From contig OZ244871.1 of the NCBI GenBank assembly GCA_965221105.1, positions 188,924 through 252,923 of the forward strand: a stretch of DNA of 64,000 bases. The letters run 5' to 3'. The notes beneath the pieces were generated by a model, which saw only the letters and a list, made by a program, of their open reading frames with translations, was not told the DNA's origin and ran no database searches. The translations under genes were made by a program, and so were the position numbers. Origin of the DNA: Pseudomonadales bacterium. Lineage in GTDB: Bacteria > Pseudomonadota > Gammaproteobacteria > Pseudomonadales > GM7GCV1. Positions 49,166 to 59,357 of the stretch are shown here, piece by piece. Within the stretch, counting starts at the first letter, position 1. The number at the start of each line of letters is the position of its first letter.

Positions 49166-51514
49166 TTACCCCTTGCCAATTTGGTCGAAGGGCAGACCTT
49201 TGTCGGGACGGTAATCTTGAGGCAGGCCCAGTACACGCTCAGCGATCGTATTACGCAAAGTTTCGTCTGTACCGCCAGCTATTCGAGCGGAAAGAATCGA
49301 AAGCCAGGTGTTTTGTGGTGTGACCGTTATGCCTCTAGGGTCAGGCGGCACTTCGAGTCCTGATGCTCCCATCCAGTCCATAGCCATGGAAGATAGTCTC
49401 TGTTGCTTGCTTATCGTGGTCAGTTTGTGAATAGCCCCCTCAGGCCCGGGCTCTTCGCCTGCCACCAATGCTGCGAATGCTCTGTCTTTAATCGAGGTGA
49501 GGCCTTGCTCCTCAATATAGGCTTCTGCAATAGCATGCTGAACAGCTCCGTCCTCGATTGCAGGTTGGCCATCCACACTGGCCGAGACAGCCATATCGAT
49601 GTAATCCGTAATTTTTGGACCGTAACCACTGACATCCGACGCAGAAAAACGTTCGAGCATTAAGGTTTCCAAGGCAACTCTGAAACCTTCGCCCACTTCG
49701 CCAAGACGTTGGTTATCTGGTACGACGACGTCATTGAAAAAGACTTCGTTGATTTCTGATTCGCCATGAAGCTTACGAATAGGTCGAACTTCGATGCCCT
49801 GAGAACGCATATCAATAAAGAAAAATGTCAAGCCAGCGTGCTTGGGTACCTTGGGGTCTGTGCGAACGATGATGATGCCGTAATCAGCGTGCTGCGCATG
49901 TGAAGTCCATACCTTTTGGCCGTTAAAAATCCAGTTGTCACCATCTTTTCTGGCGCTCATGCGCAATCCGGCAAGGTCCGAGCCCGCAGCGGGTTCCGAA
50001 AATAGTTGACACCAGATGGTCTCACCTCGAATAGCGGGAGGCACATACTTTAATTTTTGCTCTTCGGTGGCGCGTTTCAGCATAATGGGTACAGGCATAT
50101 TCTGGGATATGATGAACAGGCTGCTTGGTGTGTCGTACCTGAGTTCTTCTTCGCCAAATATCACCTTCTCAACATGGGTCCCACCGCCGCCGCCGAATTC
50201 TTGAGGTTGTGGAATGCATGCGTAGCCATTGTCTGCCAGTAAAGCCATCCATTCTCGAGCTTTGATCAGGTATTCTTTCTCACTCAGTCCCGCAAGCTTT
50301 TTAGAAGTGAAATTCGGCGCGTGTTTTGCCAAGAACTCTCGTGCTTTCTGACGGTATGTTTCTGCAGGTGTTTGTGGGTCGACAATAGGTTCAAAGCCCG
50401 AATCTTTCTCCGCTGATTGATCCCGAAGCGCTGCGATTAACCGAGAACGCCAATAGGGTGCACCGCCAAGCTCTATACTGAGGCTGCGGCCACGCCGGTA
50501 ATAAAGATGGCAATCTGCTTCCCAGGTGACTCCGATTCCGCCATGAATTTGAATGTTCTCTTTGCCGGCATAATCTGATGCCTTAATCGCGCCCAATCGT
50601 GCGGCAGCAGCCCGCTTACTGAGAACGATGGGGTCTTCTTTCGAGATGCTGTCCAAAGCGCGGTAGGCACACCCTCGAGCGAGCTGGTTGTAGGCATACA
50701 TGTTGACGAGGTTGTGCTTGACCGCCTGAAATTTTGCAATTGGCTGACCAAATGCCTGGCGTTCTAATGCATATTCCCTCGCCATTTCGAGGCAAACATC
50801 AGCGCTACCGATTTGCTCAAACGCGCTGGCAATGGCTGCTATGTCTAGCACCAACTGCAATGCTGCTTTTCCTGTGCCTTCAATGATTTGCGCATTGGCT
50901 TCATTAAAATTGATATCTGCGATGTTTCGGTTGTTGTCTAGATATTCTTTGGTAGTTCGTTCAATGCCATTGCCGTCCAAATCAACCAGCACAAGCACAC
51001 CTTCAGAAGCGCCGTCTGTAGCTGCGTAGACCACAGCAGTGTTTGCAACGGCTCCGCCAACAACACCACTTTTTTTGCCTACAAGTTTTCCGTTTCTGAA
51101 ATGCGTCTCTGGGTTAATCGGAATCCCGGATTCCTGACCTTCGGCAAACGCCAATGCACCTATTAATTCACCTGTGGCGAAGCGAGGCAAGTACCTGTTA
51201 CGTTGCGCTTCATTTCCCCAACGAATAAGTGCTTCGGTGACAGAGGTTATTGAAGATATGAGGGGAATAGCGGCTGCCACGCGTCCGAGTTCCTCGGCAA
51301 TGAGGCACACTTCAGTGAGGCTCATCCCAAGGCCGTCAAACTGTTCAGGAATAGTGATGGCTGGCCAGCCCATTTCAACAACTGAATGCCACAGATCCCT
51401 ATCCAAATGTTCATCGGCATCCAGAAACCCCTTTAGTTTTTCCGCCGAGAAGCTGTCTTTCAACAGGCGCTGCGCTTGGTCGCGGATCATCAACTGCTCT
51501 TGATTAAGTTCCAT
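49166..51514 (-). CDS. Fused double acyl-CoA dehydrogenase
   Basis: 782 aa. There are two ACAD-like halves (..WPAITIPEQFDGLGMS.. and ..GETIWCQLFSEPAAGSDLAG..), each with the C-terminal helical domain. Confidence 0.85.
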   Translation of the reverse strand: MELNQEQLMIRDQAQRLLKDSFSAEKLKGFLDADEHLDRDLWHSVVEMGWPAITIPEQFDGLGMSLTEVCLIAEELGRVAAAIPLISSITSVTEALIRWGNEAQRNRYLPRFATGELIGALAFAEGQESGIPINPETHFRNGKLVGKKSGVVGGAVANTAVVYAATDGASEGVLVLVDLDGNGIERTTKEYLDNNRNIADINFNEANAQIIEGTGKAALQLVLDIAAIASAFEQIGSADVCLEMAREYALERQAFGQPIAKFQAVKHNLVNMYAYNQLARGCAYRALDSISKEDPIVLSKRAAAARLGAIKASDYAGKENIQIHGGIGVTWEADCHLYYRRGRSLSIELGGAPYWRSRLIAALRDQSAEKDSGFEPIVDPQTPAETYRQKAREFLAKHAPNFTSKKLAGLSEKEYLIKAREWMALLADNGYACIPQPQEFGGGGGTHVEKVIFGEEELRYDTPSSLFIISQNMPVPIMLKRATEEQKLKYVPPAIRGETIWCQLFSEPAAGSDLAGLRMSARKDGDNWIFNGQKVWTSHAQHADYGIIIVRTDPKVPKHAGLTFFFIDMRSQGIEVRPIRKLHGESEINEVFFNDVVVPDNQRLGEVGEGFRVALETLMLERFSASDVSGYGPKITDYIDMAVSASVDGQPAIEDGAVQHAIAEAYIEEQGLTSIKDRAFAALVAGEEPGPEGAIHKLTTISKQQRLSSMAMDWMGASGLEVPPDPRGITVTPQNTWLSILSARIAGGTDETLRNTIAERVLGLPQDYRPDKGLPFDQIGKG

Positions 51515-51612
51515 AGAGTTCTACCACTCAGTTACATTTTAAAAATTTAGACTGAAGCTCCAAATAGCCACCTGATGAAGTGGCAATTGAAGTTACTAAA
51601 GAAAAATTAATT

Positions 51613-51859
51613 GTAACTACTCACCCCCCTTGACACCACAGGAAAGGGGTTCTCTGGTGTGTGCGTTTCATTATTGCACAGGGTAATGGGCAACGACGCA
51701 TATTTTGGTTCCAAGGCGACAGCGGGGGTGTGTCAGGCACTGATCGCACTGATGCCGCTGGCGGAGCGCCTGGCGGTGCTGGCGGCGGTCAACACCGCGT
51801 CGCTGCGCTCGGAGTTCGACGCACTCAAGGCGCGCTTCGAGGCGCTGTGTGCGGACGGC
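51613..51859 (+). mobile_element. IS66-like left-end fragment (247 bp), truncated by the IS256-like element
   Basis: GTAACTACTCACCCCCCTTGACACC... through ..ASLRSEFDALKARFEALCADG coding. The left flank is AATTAATT. Confidence 0.8.
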
Positions 51860-53238
51860 GAGTTATAACCAAATCTGGTGTATGAGGCATTGAAAAAAGG
51901 CGGCGTATCTGGTTGATGTGTTTTTGGCAAACACTACTCAACACAGGAGATACGCCACCATGAGCCAGAGTACTCTTGTTGAGTATGCAGGTCGAGCAGA
52001 GAGTCCCGATCCAGTGACCGAGCTGTTGAGAACCAGCGCCCACCAGCTGCTGTATCAGGCTGTGGGTGCCGAAGCCGAGGCGTGTGTTGCCGGTTATGAG
52101 GATCAGCGCCTGGCGGACGGACGCTTCAGGGTCGTGCGCACTGGGTATCAACCGGAGCGGGCGATACAGACCAGCCGTGGACCGGTGAGGGTTCGGATTC
52201 CCAAGGTGCGGTCGAGGGATGGTGCGCCGGTCACTGTCCGCTCGGCGCTGGTGCCGTCCTCTGTGCGCACACCCACAACGCTGGAGGCGGCCGTGCGCTG
52301 GGTGTATCTGAAGGGTGTGTCCACTGGCGAGATGGGCGCTGCGCTGGAAGTCCTGGTTGGCCCGGAGGCCAAGGGTGTGTCAGCCAGCACGGTATCGCGG
52401 TTCAAGCGCAGCTGGGCGCAGGAATACCGGGCGTGGCGCGAGGCGCCGCTGTACAAGGATCGCTGGGTGTATGTCTGGGCTGACGGCGTGGCGGCCTCAG
52501 GGCTGAGCACGCCACGCTCTGTGCCCTGGTGGTGATTGGCGTCAATGAGCGCAGTGAGAAACACTTCCTGGCGATTGAGGACGGGGTTCGGGAATCGACC
52601 CAGAGCTGGCGGGAGGTACTCTTGAGGCTGAAGTCGCGAGGCATGAATGTCCCCCAACTGGCCATCGGCGATGGTGCCATGGGCTTCTGGGCCGCGCTGG
52701 AGGAGGTCTCTCCAGAGAGCCGGCAACAGCGATGCTGGATGCACAAGACCATGAATGTGCTCAATGGCCTGCCCACATCGGTCCAGCCGAAGGCCAGGCA
52801 GGCAGTACATGAGATCTGGCAGGCCAGTACGCGGGAGGATGCGGAGCGGGCGTTCGACCTGTTCCTGGAGACCTGTGAGCCCAAGTACCCCAAGGCCGCC
52901 CTGTGTCTGGAGAAGGATAGGGATGAGCTCATGGCCTTCTACGATTTCCCGGCGCAGCACTGGCAGAGTATACGGACGAGCACTCCGATCGAATCGACCT
53001 GTGGCACGATCCGCCACCGCACCAAGCGATCAAAGGGCTGCCTGACCCGGGATGGCATGGTGCATATGATGTTCAAGCTGGGCATGTGCGCTGAGGGCAG
53101 ATGGCGCCGAGTGCGAGGCTTCGACTCCCTGGCGAAGGTCAGTACGGGAGTGAAGTTCACAGACGGAATTGAGGTGACAGCAGACAACCAGGTCGCCGCC
53201 TGATTCAGTGTCTCACACACCACTTTTGACAATAACTC
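51860..53238 (+). mobile_element. IS256-family element (1,379 bp)
   Basis: Imperfect ~35-bp IRs: GAGTTATAACCAAATCTGGTGTATGAGGCATTGAA versus the reverse complement of 53204-53238, GAGTTATTGTCAAAAGTGGTGTGTGAGACACTGAA. No target duplication is visible. Confidence 0.8.
51960..53203 (+). pseudogene. IS256-family (Mutator-like) transposase with a frameshift near 52480-52530
   Basis: ..RWVYVWADGV.. then ..LCALVVIGVNERSEKHFLAIEDGVRESTQSW...QRCWMHKTMNVLN... in the next frame. Confidence 0.8.
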
Positions 53239-53445
53239 CTGCGATTCCAGCAAACTGTTCTTTTAGGAAGTCTTCATCCAGGTGAACGGCATCTCGAAGA
53301 GTGAAATCCGAGTCTTCAGAAAAGCGGTAGGTTTCAAAGTAGCATTTTTTTAGGAAGGTACCGCCTTTAAAGACCCATGATCCAGAAAATACATCATGTG
53401 CATTAACTGCTGCCAAAAGCCAGCCGAGGACGTAGTCTTTTTCAA
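53239..53445 (-). pseudogene. abiEii: AbiEii/AbiGii-family nucleotidyltransferase toxin, internal fragment (codons ~24-92)
   Basis: EKDYVLGWLLAAVNAHDVFSGSWVFKGGTFLKKCYFETYRFSEDSDFTL.. It is cut by the tnpB unit at 53446 and by IS256 at 53238. Confidence 0.75.
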
Positions 53446-54740
53446 GGGAATTATATACCTATTGACACAGGCTACTGTTCTATGCGGCACGACGGGTACT
53501 CCCGCCGATCAATTCACCATCAGGCCGCATATCGGGGACATTCCCACCCGACGAGCCACGCTCCCTGATGTTGAGTGCGGCATTCAGGTCTCTATCGAGA
53601 CTCAAGCCGCACTGTTCACACTCAAAGACTCTGTCCTTCAGGGTCAGTGATTCATGGACTGAACCACAGCCTGAACAGGTCTTCGATGTGTTCCTGGGAT
53701 TCACCTTCACAACCGACCCACCGGCACTCTCAGCCGTGTAGGTCAGTTGTTGGATAAAGGTTCCCCATTGTTGCTCAAGGAGTGATCGGTTCAACCCCCG
53801 CTTGTGATTGCCACCATGGGCAGTCATGTTCTTGATCTTCAGGTCTTCAACAGCGAAGTGTCTGTGTCGCCTCACCAGGTCAGTAGTCGTTCTGTGCAGG
53901 GCAGTGCGCTGTCTCTCTGCGACCCTGTACGCCTCTCTGGCCAGCGATTGGCGTTTCTTATATCGGTTGTGACTGCCCCTCTTGGCTTTACTCAGTTTTC
54001 GCTGAAGCCGCTTCTGTCGGGTCCTATCAATGACCACCTTCGGCACTGACTCACCGGTCGAGAGGGTGGCCCGTGCCTTCACGCCAACATCAATACCGAC
54101 GACGGGAGACTGATCAGCCACGACCTCCCGCTCCTGCTCACAGACACACTGAACCATGACGCGAACAGGTGTTGTCACAACGCGAACCAGCGTGATCTCG
54201 CCCTCTGGCAGAGCCTTCACAATGAACCTGCCACAGCCCTTGATCTGTACGGCATGCCTCGTGCCAGACGCGAAGAGACGAAAACTGGATGTTTCAAATG
54301 ACCGGATGCCCCGGTGCCTGCCCTTGAATCTCGGAAAGCCACCCTGCTTGAAGAATCGCTTGAATGATCTATCCAGTCTGTACAGGACAGATCGGAACGG
54401 CAGCACCCCATACCCCTCAATTTCAGGATCATCATGGCGAAGAGCCGTGAATGACGTACATTGATCGTAGTAGCTGATAGACACGCCCGCCTTCCGATAC
54501 GCATTGATGCGCTCATCAAGGGCAGCGTTGTACAGTTGGCGAGAGAGATACAGGAATCTGTTCAGCCGCTGATGTGTTGCGGCTGACATCTTCGCCTGTT
54601 GACTGTAGGTGCGTATCATCCGCATCGGTGTGGTCGCTCCATCAAGCGTTTGGGGTGGTTGCTGCACACAACCTTCACGCACACTGATTCCAGTGCCTGT
54701 CCCTGTCAAGACCCTGTGTGTCAATAAGTATATAATTTCC
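53446..54740 (-). mobile_element. 1,295-bp tnpB-only unit with terminal inverted repeats and an 8-bp target duplication
   Basis: TIRs are GGGAATTATATACCTATTGACACAGG (53446-53471) and the reverse complement of 54713-54740, GGAAATTATATACTTATTGACACACAGG. The direct repeat TTTTTCAA is at 53438-53445 and 54741-54748. Confidence 0.8.
53480..54625 (-). CDS. tnpB: TnpB-like RNA-guided nuclease (OrfB_IS605 + zinc ribbon)
   Basis: 381 aa with RuvC-like GIDVGVK, FAVEDLKIKNM, DRDLNAALNI and zinc ribbon CSGCG...CEQCG. The start is set at MRMIRTY because the ORF-track extension runs into the TIR. Confidence 0.85.
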   Translation of the reverse strand: MRMIRTYSQQAKMSAATHQRLNRFLYLSRQLYNAALDERINAYRKAGVSISYYDQCTSFTALRHDDPEIEGYGVLPFRSVLYRLDRSFKRFFKQGGFPRFKGRHRGIRSFETSSFRLFASGTRHAVQIKGCGRFIVKALPEGEITLVRVVTTPVRVMVQCVCEQEREVVADQSPVVGIDVGVKARATLSTGESVPKVVIDRTRQKRLQRKLSKAKRGSHNRYKKRQSLAREAYRVAERQRTALHRTTTDLVRRHRHFAVEDLKIKNMTAHGGNHKRGLNRSLLEQQWGTFIQQLTYTAESAGGSVVKVNPRNTSKTCSGCGSVHESLTLKDRVFECEQCGLSLDRDLNAALNIRERGSSGGNVPDMRPDGELIGGSTRRAA

Positions 54741-54809
54741 TTTTTCAACAACTGGCGGCCTAAGACCTGTTTCGTCAGCAACGGCAATAATTTCTTCCCG
54801 AGTAATCAC
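54741..54809 (-). pseudogene. abiEii: AbiEii toxin, first 23 codons (GTG start 3 nt after the abiEi stop)
   Basis: VITREEIIAVADETGLRPPVVEK. Joined to 53445 it restores ..VVEKDYVLGWLL.. Confidence 0.7.
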
Positions 54810-54812
54810 AAG

Positions 54813-55601
54813 CTATAGCCTTTTGGTCGCCCATAGTCGCCATTTGGTAATGAGGTTATTGTCTTTAGTGTTTTTATCGAGAAAGGTATAGCCTGTTGTG
54901 AGATTAGCCGCGCATTCATCAACAAAAGAAGCGTCAAATTCGAGTTTTTCAGCAAGAAATCCCAGTTTTTTAAAGAGCGCACCATTGCTCAAATGTTTGG
55001 CATGGCTCAGGAGTTTTTCAAGACCTTTCTCGTCGCCATATAGTTTTTTGAATTCTAATAGGCAATCTACGGTGTGCTGCAATCCCGCCCCTAAGTACGG
55101 ATCGTCAATAATATCCAGGATCGTTTTCTGCGGATCGGAGATCTGTAGTTTCTTATTGCCCCGCCAAATCGTTTTGGTGCCGAATAGGTTTTTCTCCGGG
55201 CAGTATTTGATATAAAAATTAATGCCTTGGTGCTTGGTTTCGCCGTAGGGTGCGCGTTTACTGGTAAGCACGCACACTGATCTAAAGAGTTGCTCCGTCA
55301 GTTCCCAATGTTCGAGCGCACTCCATCCCCCGATGTATCCGGGTTCATATAGCTCAGGTACGAGAATCCAAGGATCATCGAGAACTTGGGTCTGCCCCAG
55401 GGCGTTGGGTTGAATGGGTACGTAAAGCCCTCGTGCAACACGCCTGATCGCACCTTGCTTGTGCCAGCCAGCTAGCAGTTTTGCTGCGTGCGTGCGGTCG
55501 AGATCAAGGACTTCCATCGCATCATCTATGCGGATAGTGCCGACTGTAGCGCGCATCAGAGCGGCTAAACGCCGCTGCTTTGATGAGACTTGATCAGACA
55601 T
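54813..55601 (-). CDS. abiEi: AbiEi-family antitoxin/transcriptional regulator
   Basis: It has an N-terminal wHTH (..AAKLLAGWHKQGAIRRVARGLYVP..) and a C-terminal AbiEi domain. The start is set at Met7. Confidence 0.75.
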   Translation of the reverse strand: MSDQVSSKQRRLAALMRATVGTIRIDDAMEVLDLDRTHAAKLLAGWHKQGAIRRVARGLYVPIQPNALGQTQVLDDPWILVPELYEPGYIGGWSALEHWELTEQLFRSVCVLTSKRAPYGETKHQGINFYIKYCPEKNLFGTKTIWRGNKKLQISDPQKTILDIIDDPYLGAGLQHTVDCLLEFKKLYGDEKGLEKLLSHAKHLSNGALFKKLGFLAEKLEFDASFVDECAANLTTGYTFLDKNTKDNNLITKWRLWATKRL

Positions 55602-55762
55602 AAAACTATAAAAAAACACACATTATTCGTTATTATAAAGAATACCACGTTACTTGATATAGCGCTATATGAAAAATCAATAAATTCTATATAATAGCGA
55701 ATAATGTGTATTATCGTATAGTCATGCCGGTCCCAACGGCACTCCCATTGGGATGAAACCAA

Positions 55763-57006
55763 TTATGGGCATCTCTATTAATTGCCCGAAAATGTTCAGA
55801 TACGCTGTATCCTGATTACTATGTGACAGGCTCATGACTCTCAGTATTTTCGGTTCACTTGATGACCTTCAAGATAGGCGTTTGGATGCATTGGGTGTTC
55901 CTTTGGTTGAGTTATCCAATACGACTGACTGGGAGTCATTTCGTCCTATTGTGTCCCAATTAGAAAAACGATCTGGCACAAGTAGAGCAGGTGCCCCCCG
56001 TAAGGATGTCGTGATGATGTTCACAGGGCTGATCATACACGACCTCTATGGGTTGAGTGATGACCAATGGGAGTTTCAATGAGAAGACCGACGGAGCGTT
56101 CAGCGTTGTGTAGGGTTGAAGCCTGAGCATAGGGTGCCTGACGCACAGACTTTTTGGGCATGTAAGGAACACCTGACTCGGCTGGAGTTCATTCGGCCCC
56201 TGTGTGATGTGTTTTCAAGTCAGCTCAATGACTTGGGTTATCGGGCGCGCACAGGTCCATTAGGTGATGCGAGTTGTGTACCTGGTCCTATCCAGCGTAA
56301 TAGTCGTGAAGAGCATGCGATCCCGATAGAGTGGTCACAGGATCACAAGCGCCGCCAGAAAGACACCGATGCGCACTGGACGAAGAAGAATGGCACGAGT
56401 CACTATGGCTACACGAATCATGTCACTGTGGATACTCAGAACACACTGATTCGCGGCTATGATGTCAGCGACGCTCGTGTGCATGATTCGCGGGTCTGTG
56501 AAGGCCTGCTGGATGAGAGTACTAGCACCAAGGATGTTTGGGCAGAGAGCGCGTATCGCTCTGAGGATCACGAGGCCTCATTGAAGTCAAAAGGGTATCG
56601 AAGCAAGATACACCGCACAGGGAGCCGGAATAAGCCGTTGACACAACGAGAGCGGCAAGGCAAGGCAACACAACCCGCTCCAAAACCCGATGTCGGGTTG
56701 AACATATATTTGGTGCTCAGTCGTCATTGAGGAGTACATCGATTCGCTGCATCGGCATCGCCCGTGCTAAAACCGAAATCGGTTTGATGAATGTGGTGTA
56801 TACCATGAGACGATTGTGCTTTGTACAGAGGGAAGTTGCGTCTGAACCATGAGAATTGACCGATTCATTGGCAATAATCGGGATAAAAAGCCAATGTGTT
56901 GACCACAACTCATTGGTAGAGCGATTGTACGCATAAAGGATATGCCAAAATGAGCTGATTTTTTTCAGCAACCCATAAATACCTCAATTAATAGAGGTTC
57001 CCATAA
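55763..57006 (+). mobile_element. IS5-family element (1,244 bp) with a multiply frameshifted transposase (coding 55834-56850)
   Basis: 22-bp IRs: TTATGGGCATCTCTATTAATTG versus the reverse complement TTATGGGAACCTCTATTAATTG. Transposase motifs are ..MMFTGLIIHDLYGLSDDQWEFQ.., ..QKDTDAHWTKKNGTSHYGY.NHV.VD.., ..VWAESAYRS.. and ..RVEHIFG...IGIARAKTEIGLMNVVYTMRRL, spread across three frames. Confidence 0.75.
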
Positions 57007-57113
57007 GTACATATCTGTCACTGCGCTAGTGTCCGATCCCGACCCTGTCGTACAGCGTCCGGGGACGATGAACTGGGTCTGCATGGAGTGCCGATCAGGG
57101 TCGAGGGAATAGT

Positions 57114-57145
57114 TCAAACGTCCTGATCTCAGTCGCTGAGTCGGG
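57114..57145 (+). mobile_element. T-terminus family left-end stub (32 bp)
   Basis: TCAAACGTCCTGATCTCAGTCGCTGAG resembles 92-118. Confidence 0.4.
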
Positions 57146-57469
57146 CAACGCGGGCGCATCGCCAGGTCCGACGCCGAAAACCTCCCCGAGGCGCTGACCC
57201 AGTGCGACACCGAGGTGCTGCGCACCGCCGCGACCCCGACACCCCGTTCACCAACACCCGCGCCGAGCGCGATATCCGCATGGTCACAGTCAGGCAGACA
57301 GTCTCCGGGCGCGTCCGAACCCCCCGCCACGCCGAGGCCCACTGCCGAATCTCCAGCTCCCTCCAGTCCATGGCCCACCAAGGCTCCAACCCGCTCGCCG
57401 CCATCCAGATCGCCCTCAACGGCACCGCCGCCGAAATGATCAAGCAGGAGAAGGGAGACGAGTAGTTAC
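57146..57469 (+). mobile_element. IS66-like right-end fragment (324 bp)
   Basis: ..PFTNTRAERDIRMVTVRQTVSG...NGTAAEMIKQEKG plus the IR GACGAGTAGTTAC. The right flank is AATTAATT. Confidence 0.8.
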
Positions 57470-57599
57470 AATTAATTTTTCATAGAAGTTAGCCAAAGTT
57501 CCGTCCTTAATCCATCAGCCCATGGTTGGCACCAAAATTAATAGCTATACTCCTACCACTATCATACGACGAAATAATTAACAAACAGTCAATAAACGG

Positions 57600-58523
57600 A
57601 TGGTTAGAACGATGATGCCACAAAAAATAGTACTACTGACCGCACTGGTACTGACAGGTGTGTTGTTTGTGACAGATTCTGTTTCAACGGCCTATGCTGA
57701 AGACAGCGCAATTGAAAAAAAATCCCTGCCTTTGCACGCGGCGTACCATCGAGTATTACCGCTTAGGGGTGGTTCAAACTTTAGAGATTTGGGAGGTTAC
57801 CTCACTGATAGTGGCAAGCGCGTGGTACGCGGCAAACTATTTCGGTCTGGCGTGATGTCCTCTCTCACCAATGAAGATCAGCTCTATCTCAATCAATATG
57901 ACTTCAAGACCGTAGTCGATCTTCGATCGAGCGAAGAAATAGCGTTATTCCCCAATCATTGGGCGAAGGAGTCGGACATCGATTTCCTTTCCGTCGATTA
58001 CGACATCGTAAGGCTCACCGAGGACCTGATAAAGAAGCATGGAGGCCGACCAAGCATGGAACAGGGCTACCCTGAAATGTCCAAAATGATCGCCCCGCAA
58101 TTAAAGTTGTTTTTTGAGCGGTTAGTCGACGAACAGGTACCTTTAGTTGTAAATTGTTCCGCCGGACAGGACCGAACGGGTATAGCCTCTGCTTTATTAC
58201 TCAGCGTGCTCGGTGTCCCAAGAGAAGTCATTATTGAAGACTACATGCTTTCAAGTGATTTTCGCAGGCCGGAAAACGAATTAATCGGCCTGGACGAGCA
58301 AACTGCTCAGGACAGCGAATTTATGCAGATGGCCCTTCGCTACCAACCGGAAGGTGAGCATACACGGGCTCAACCATTAAAAACATCGGATGGCACCCCA
58401 TATCTTGTGTACGCACTCAACGCCATTGAATCCGAATATGGAAGCACAAACGCTTACGTGGTGAATGCTCTGGGTATAGATCAAAATGATCTCAACCGTC
58501 TAAGAACACTGTATCTGGAATAG
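57600..58523 (+). CDS. Secreted tyrosine-protein phosphatase (Y_phosphatase3-type)
   Basis: There is a signal-peptide-like N-terminus and the CX5R loop VNCSAGQDRTG. Confidence 0.8.
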   Translation: MVRTMMPQKIVLLTALVLTGVLFVTDSVSTAYAEDSAIEKKSLPLHAAYHRVLPLRGGSNFRDLGGYLTDSGKRVVRGKLFRSGVMSSLTNEDQLYLNQYDFKTVVDLRSSEEIALFPNHWAKESDIDFLSVDYDIVRLTEDLIKKHGGRPSMEQGYPEMSKMIAPQLKLFFERLVDEQVPLVVNCSAGQDRTGIASALLLSVLGVPREVIIEDYMLSSDFRRPENELIGLDEQTAQDSEFMQMALRYQPEGEHTRAQPLKTSDGTPYLVYALNAIESEYGSTNAYVVNALGIDQNDLNRLRTLYLE

Positions 58524-58550
58524 AAGCAAAGCTCGCGAGAAATCTGTCAG

Positions 58551-59357
58551 ATGTCAATTAGAGAACTTGAAGATCGAGTCATTGTCATAACGGGAGCTGG
58601 AAAGGGGTTAGGCAAAGCGCTGGCTCTTGGTCTGCATGATCGAGGCGCAAGAGTGGCGCTAATTGCTCGGAGTGAACATCCGATCAGTGAAATTGCAGAC
58701 AGTTTGGGCAGTCACGCAATAGCTGTACCCACTGATATAGGCGATCCAGACTCCGTTAGATCTGCATTTAAACGTGTGGGCGAAACCTTTGGCTACATTG
58801 ATGCATTAATTAACAATGCAGCAGTTTATCCCAACATCGATATAGCAACAGCATCAGACCAAGACCTGCAGGCTGTTTACAATACCAACCTATTGGGGCT
58901 GTCATATTGCATTAGAGAATCCATCCCCTGGATGGATAAACAAAACAGGGGCATGATTATCAATATGTCCTCTGAATCCGTATTGGATCCGATGCCCTAT
59001 GTAGCAAGTTATTCCGCGAGTAAGTCTGCAGTCGAAACCCTGGGAAGAGGCTTAAAGCTCGAACTTTCCGAAAGGAACATCCGCCTTACGTCGTTGCGGC
59101 TGGGAAATCTTGCAAATCCAGACAGCACTTTCGATTTTGACTCAGAGATCAACAAAAAATTTATTGAAGCTGGTACAAAATATGGAATGTTTGCCAAAAT
59201 GGGCGCGCAAGGCATTGATTTATCTACCGCCGTTTCAACCGTCACATTTCTGTTGAATCTGCCAGAGGACTCAATCATAGACTTGTTGGAACTGCGTTCG
59301 GCGCCAACCAAAACCATGACAGAAAACCCCGAGTTTTCTGAAAGTGATAAATATTAA
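58551..59357 (+). CDS. SDR-family oxidoreductase
   Basis: ITGAGKGLGKA, NNAA and YSASKSAV are present. Confidence 0.85.
   Translation: MSIRELEDRVIVITGAGKGLGKALALGLHDRGARVALIARSEHPISEIADSLGSHAIAVPTDIGDPDSVRSAFKRVGETFGYIDALINNAAVYPNIDIATASDQDLQAVYNTNLLGLSYCIRESIPWMDKQNRGMIINMSSESVLDPMPYVASYSASKSAVETLGRGLKLELSERNIRLTSLRLGNLANPDSTFDFDSEINKKFIEAGTKYGMFAKMGAQGIDLSTAVSTVTFLLNLPEDSIIDLLELRSAPTKTMTENPEFSESDKY

Noticed and set aside
54626-54787. Upstream extension of the tnpB ORF (435-aa version)
   Set aside because: It runs through the element's TIR and into abiEii sequence. The TnpB-like N-terminus starts at MRMIRTY.
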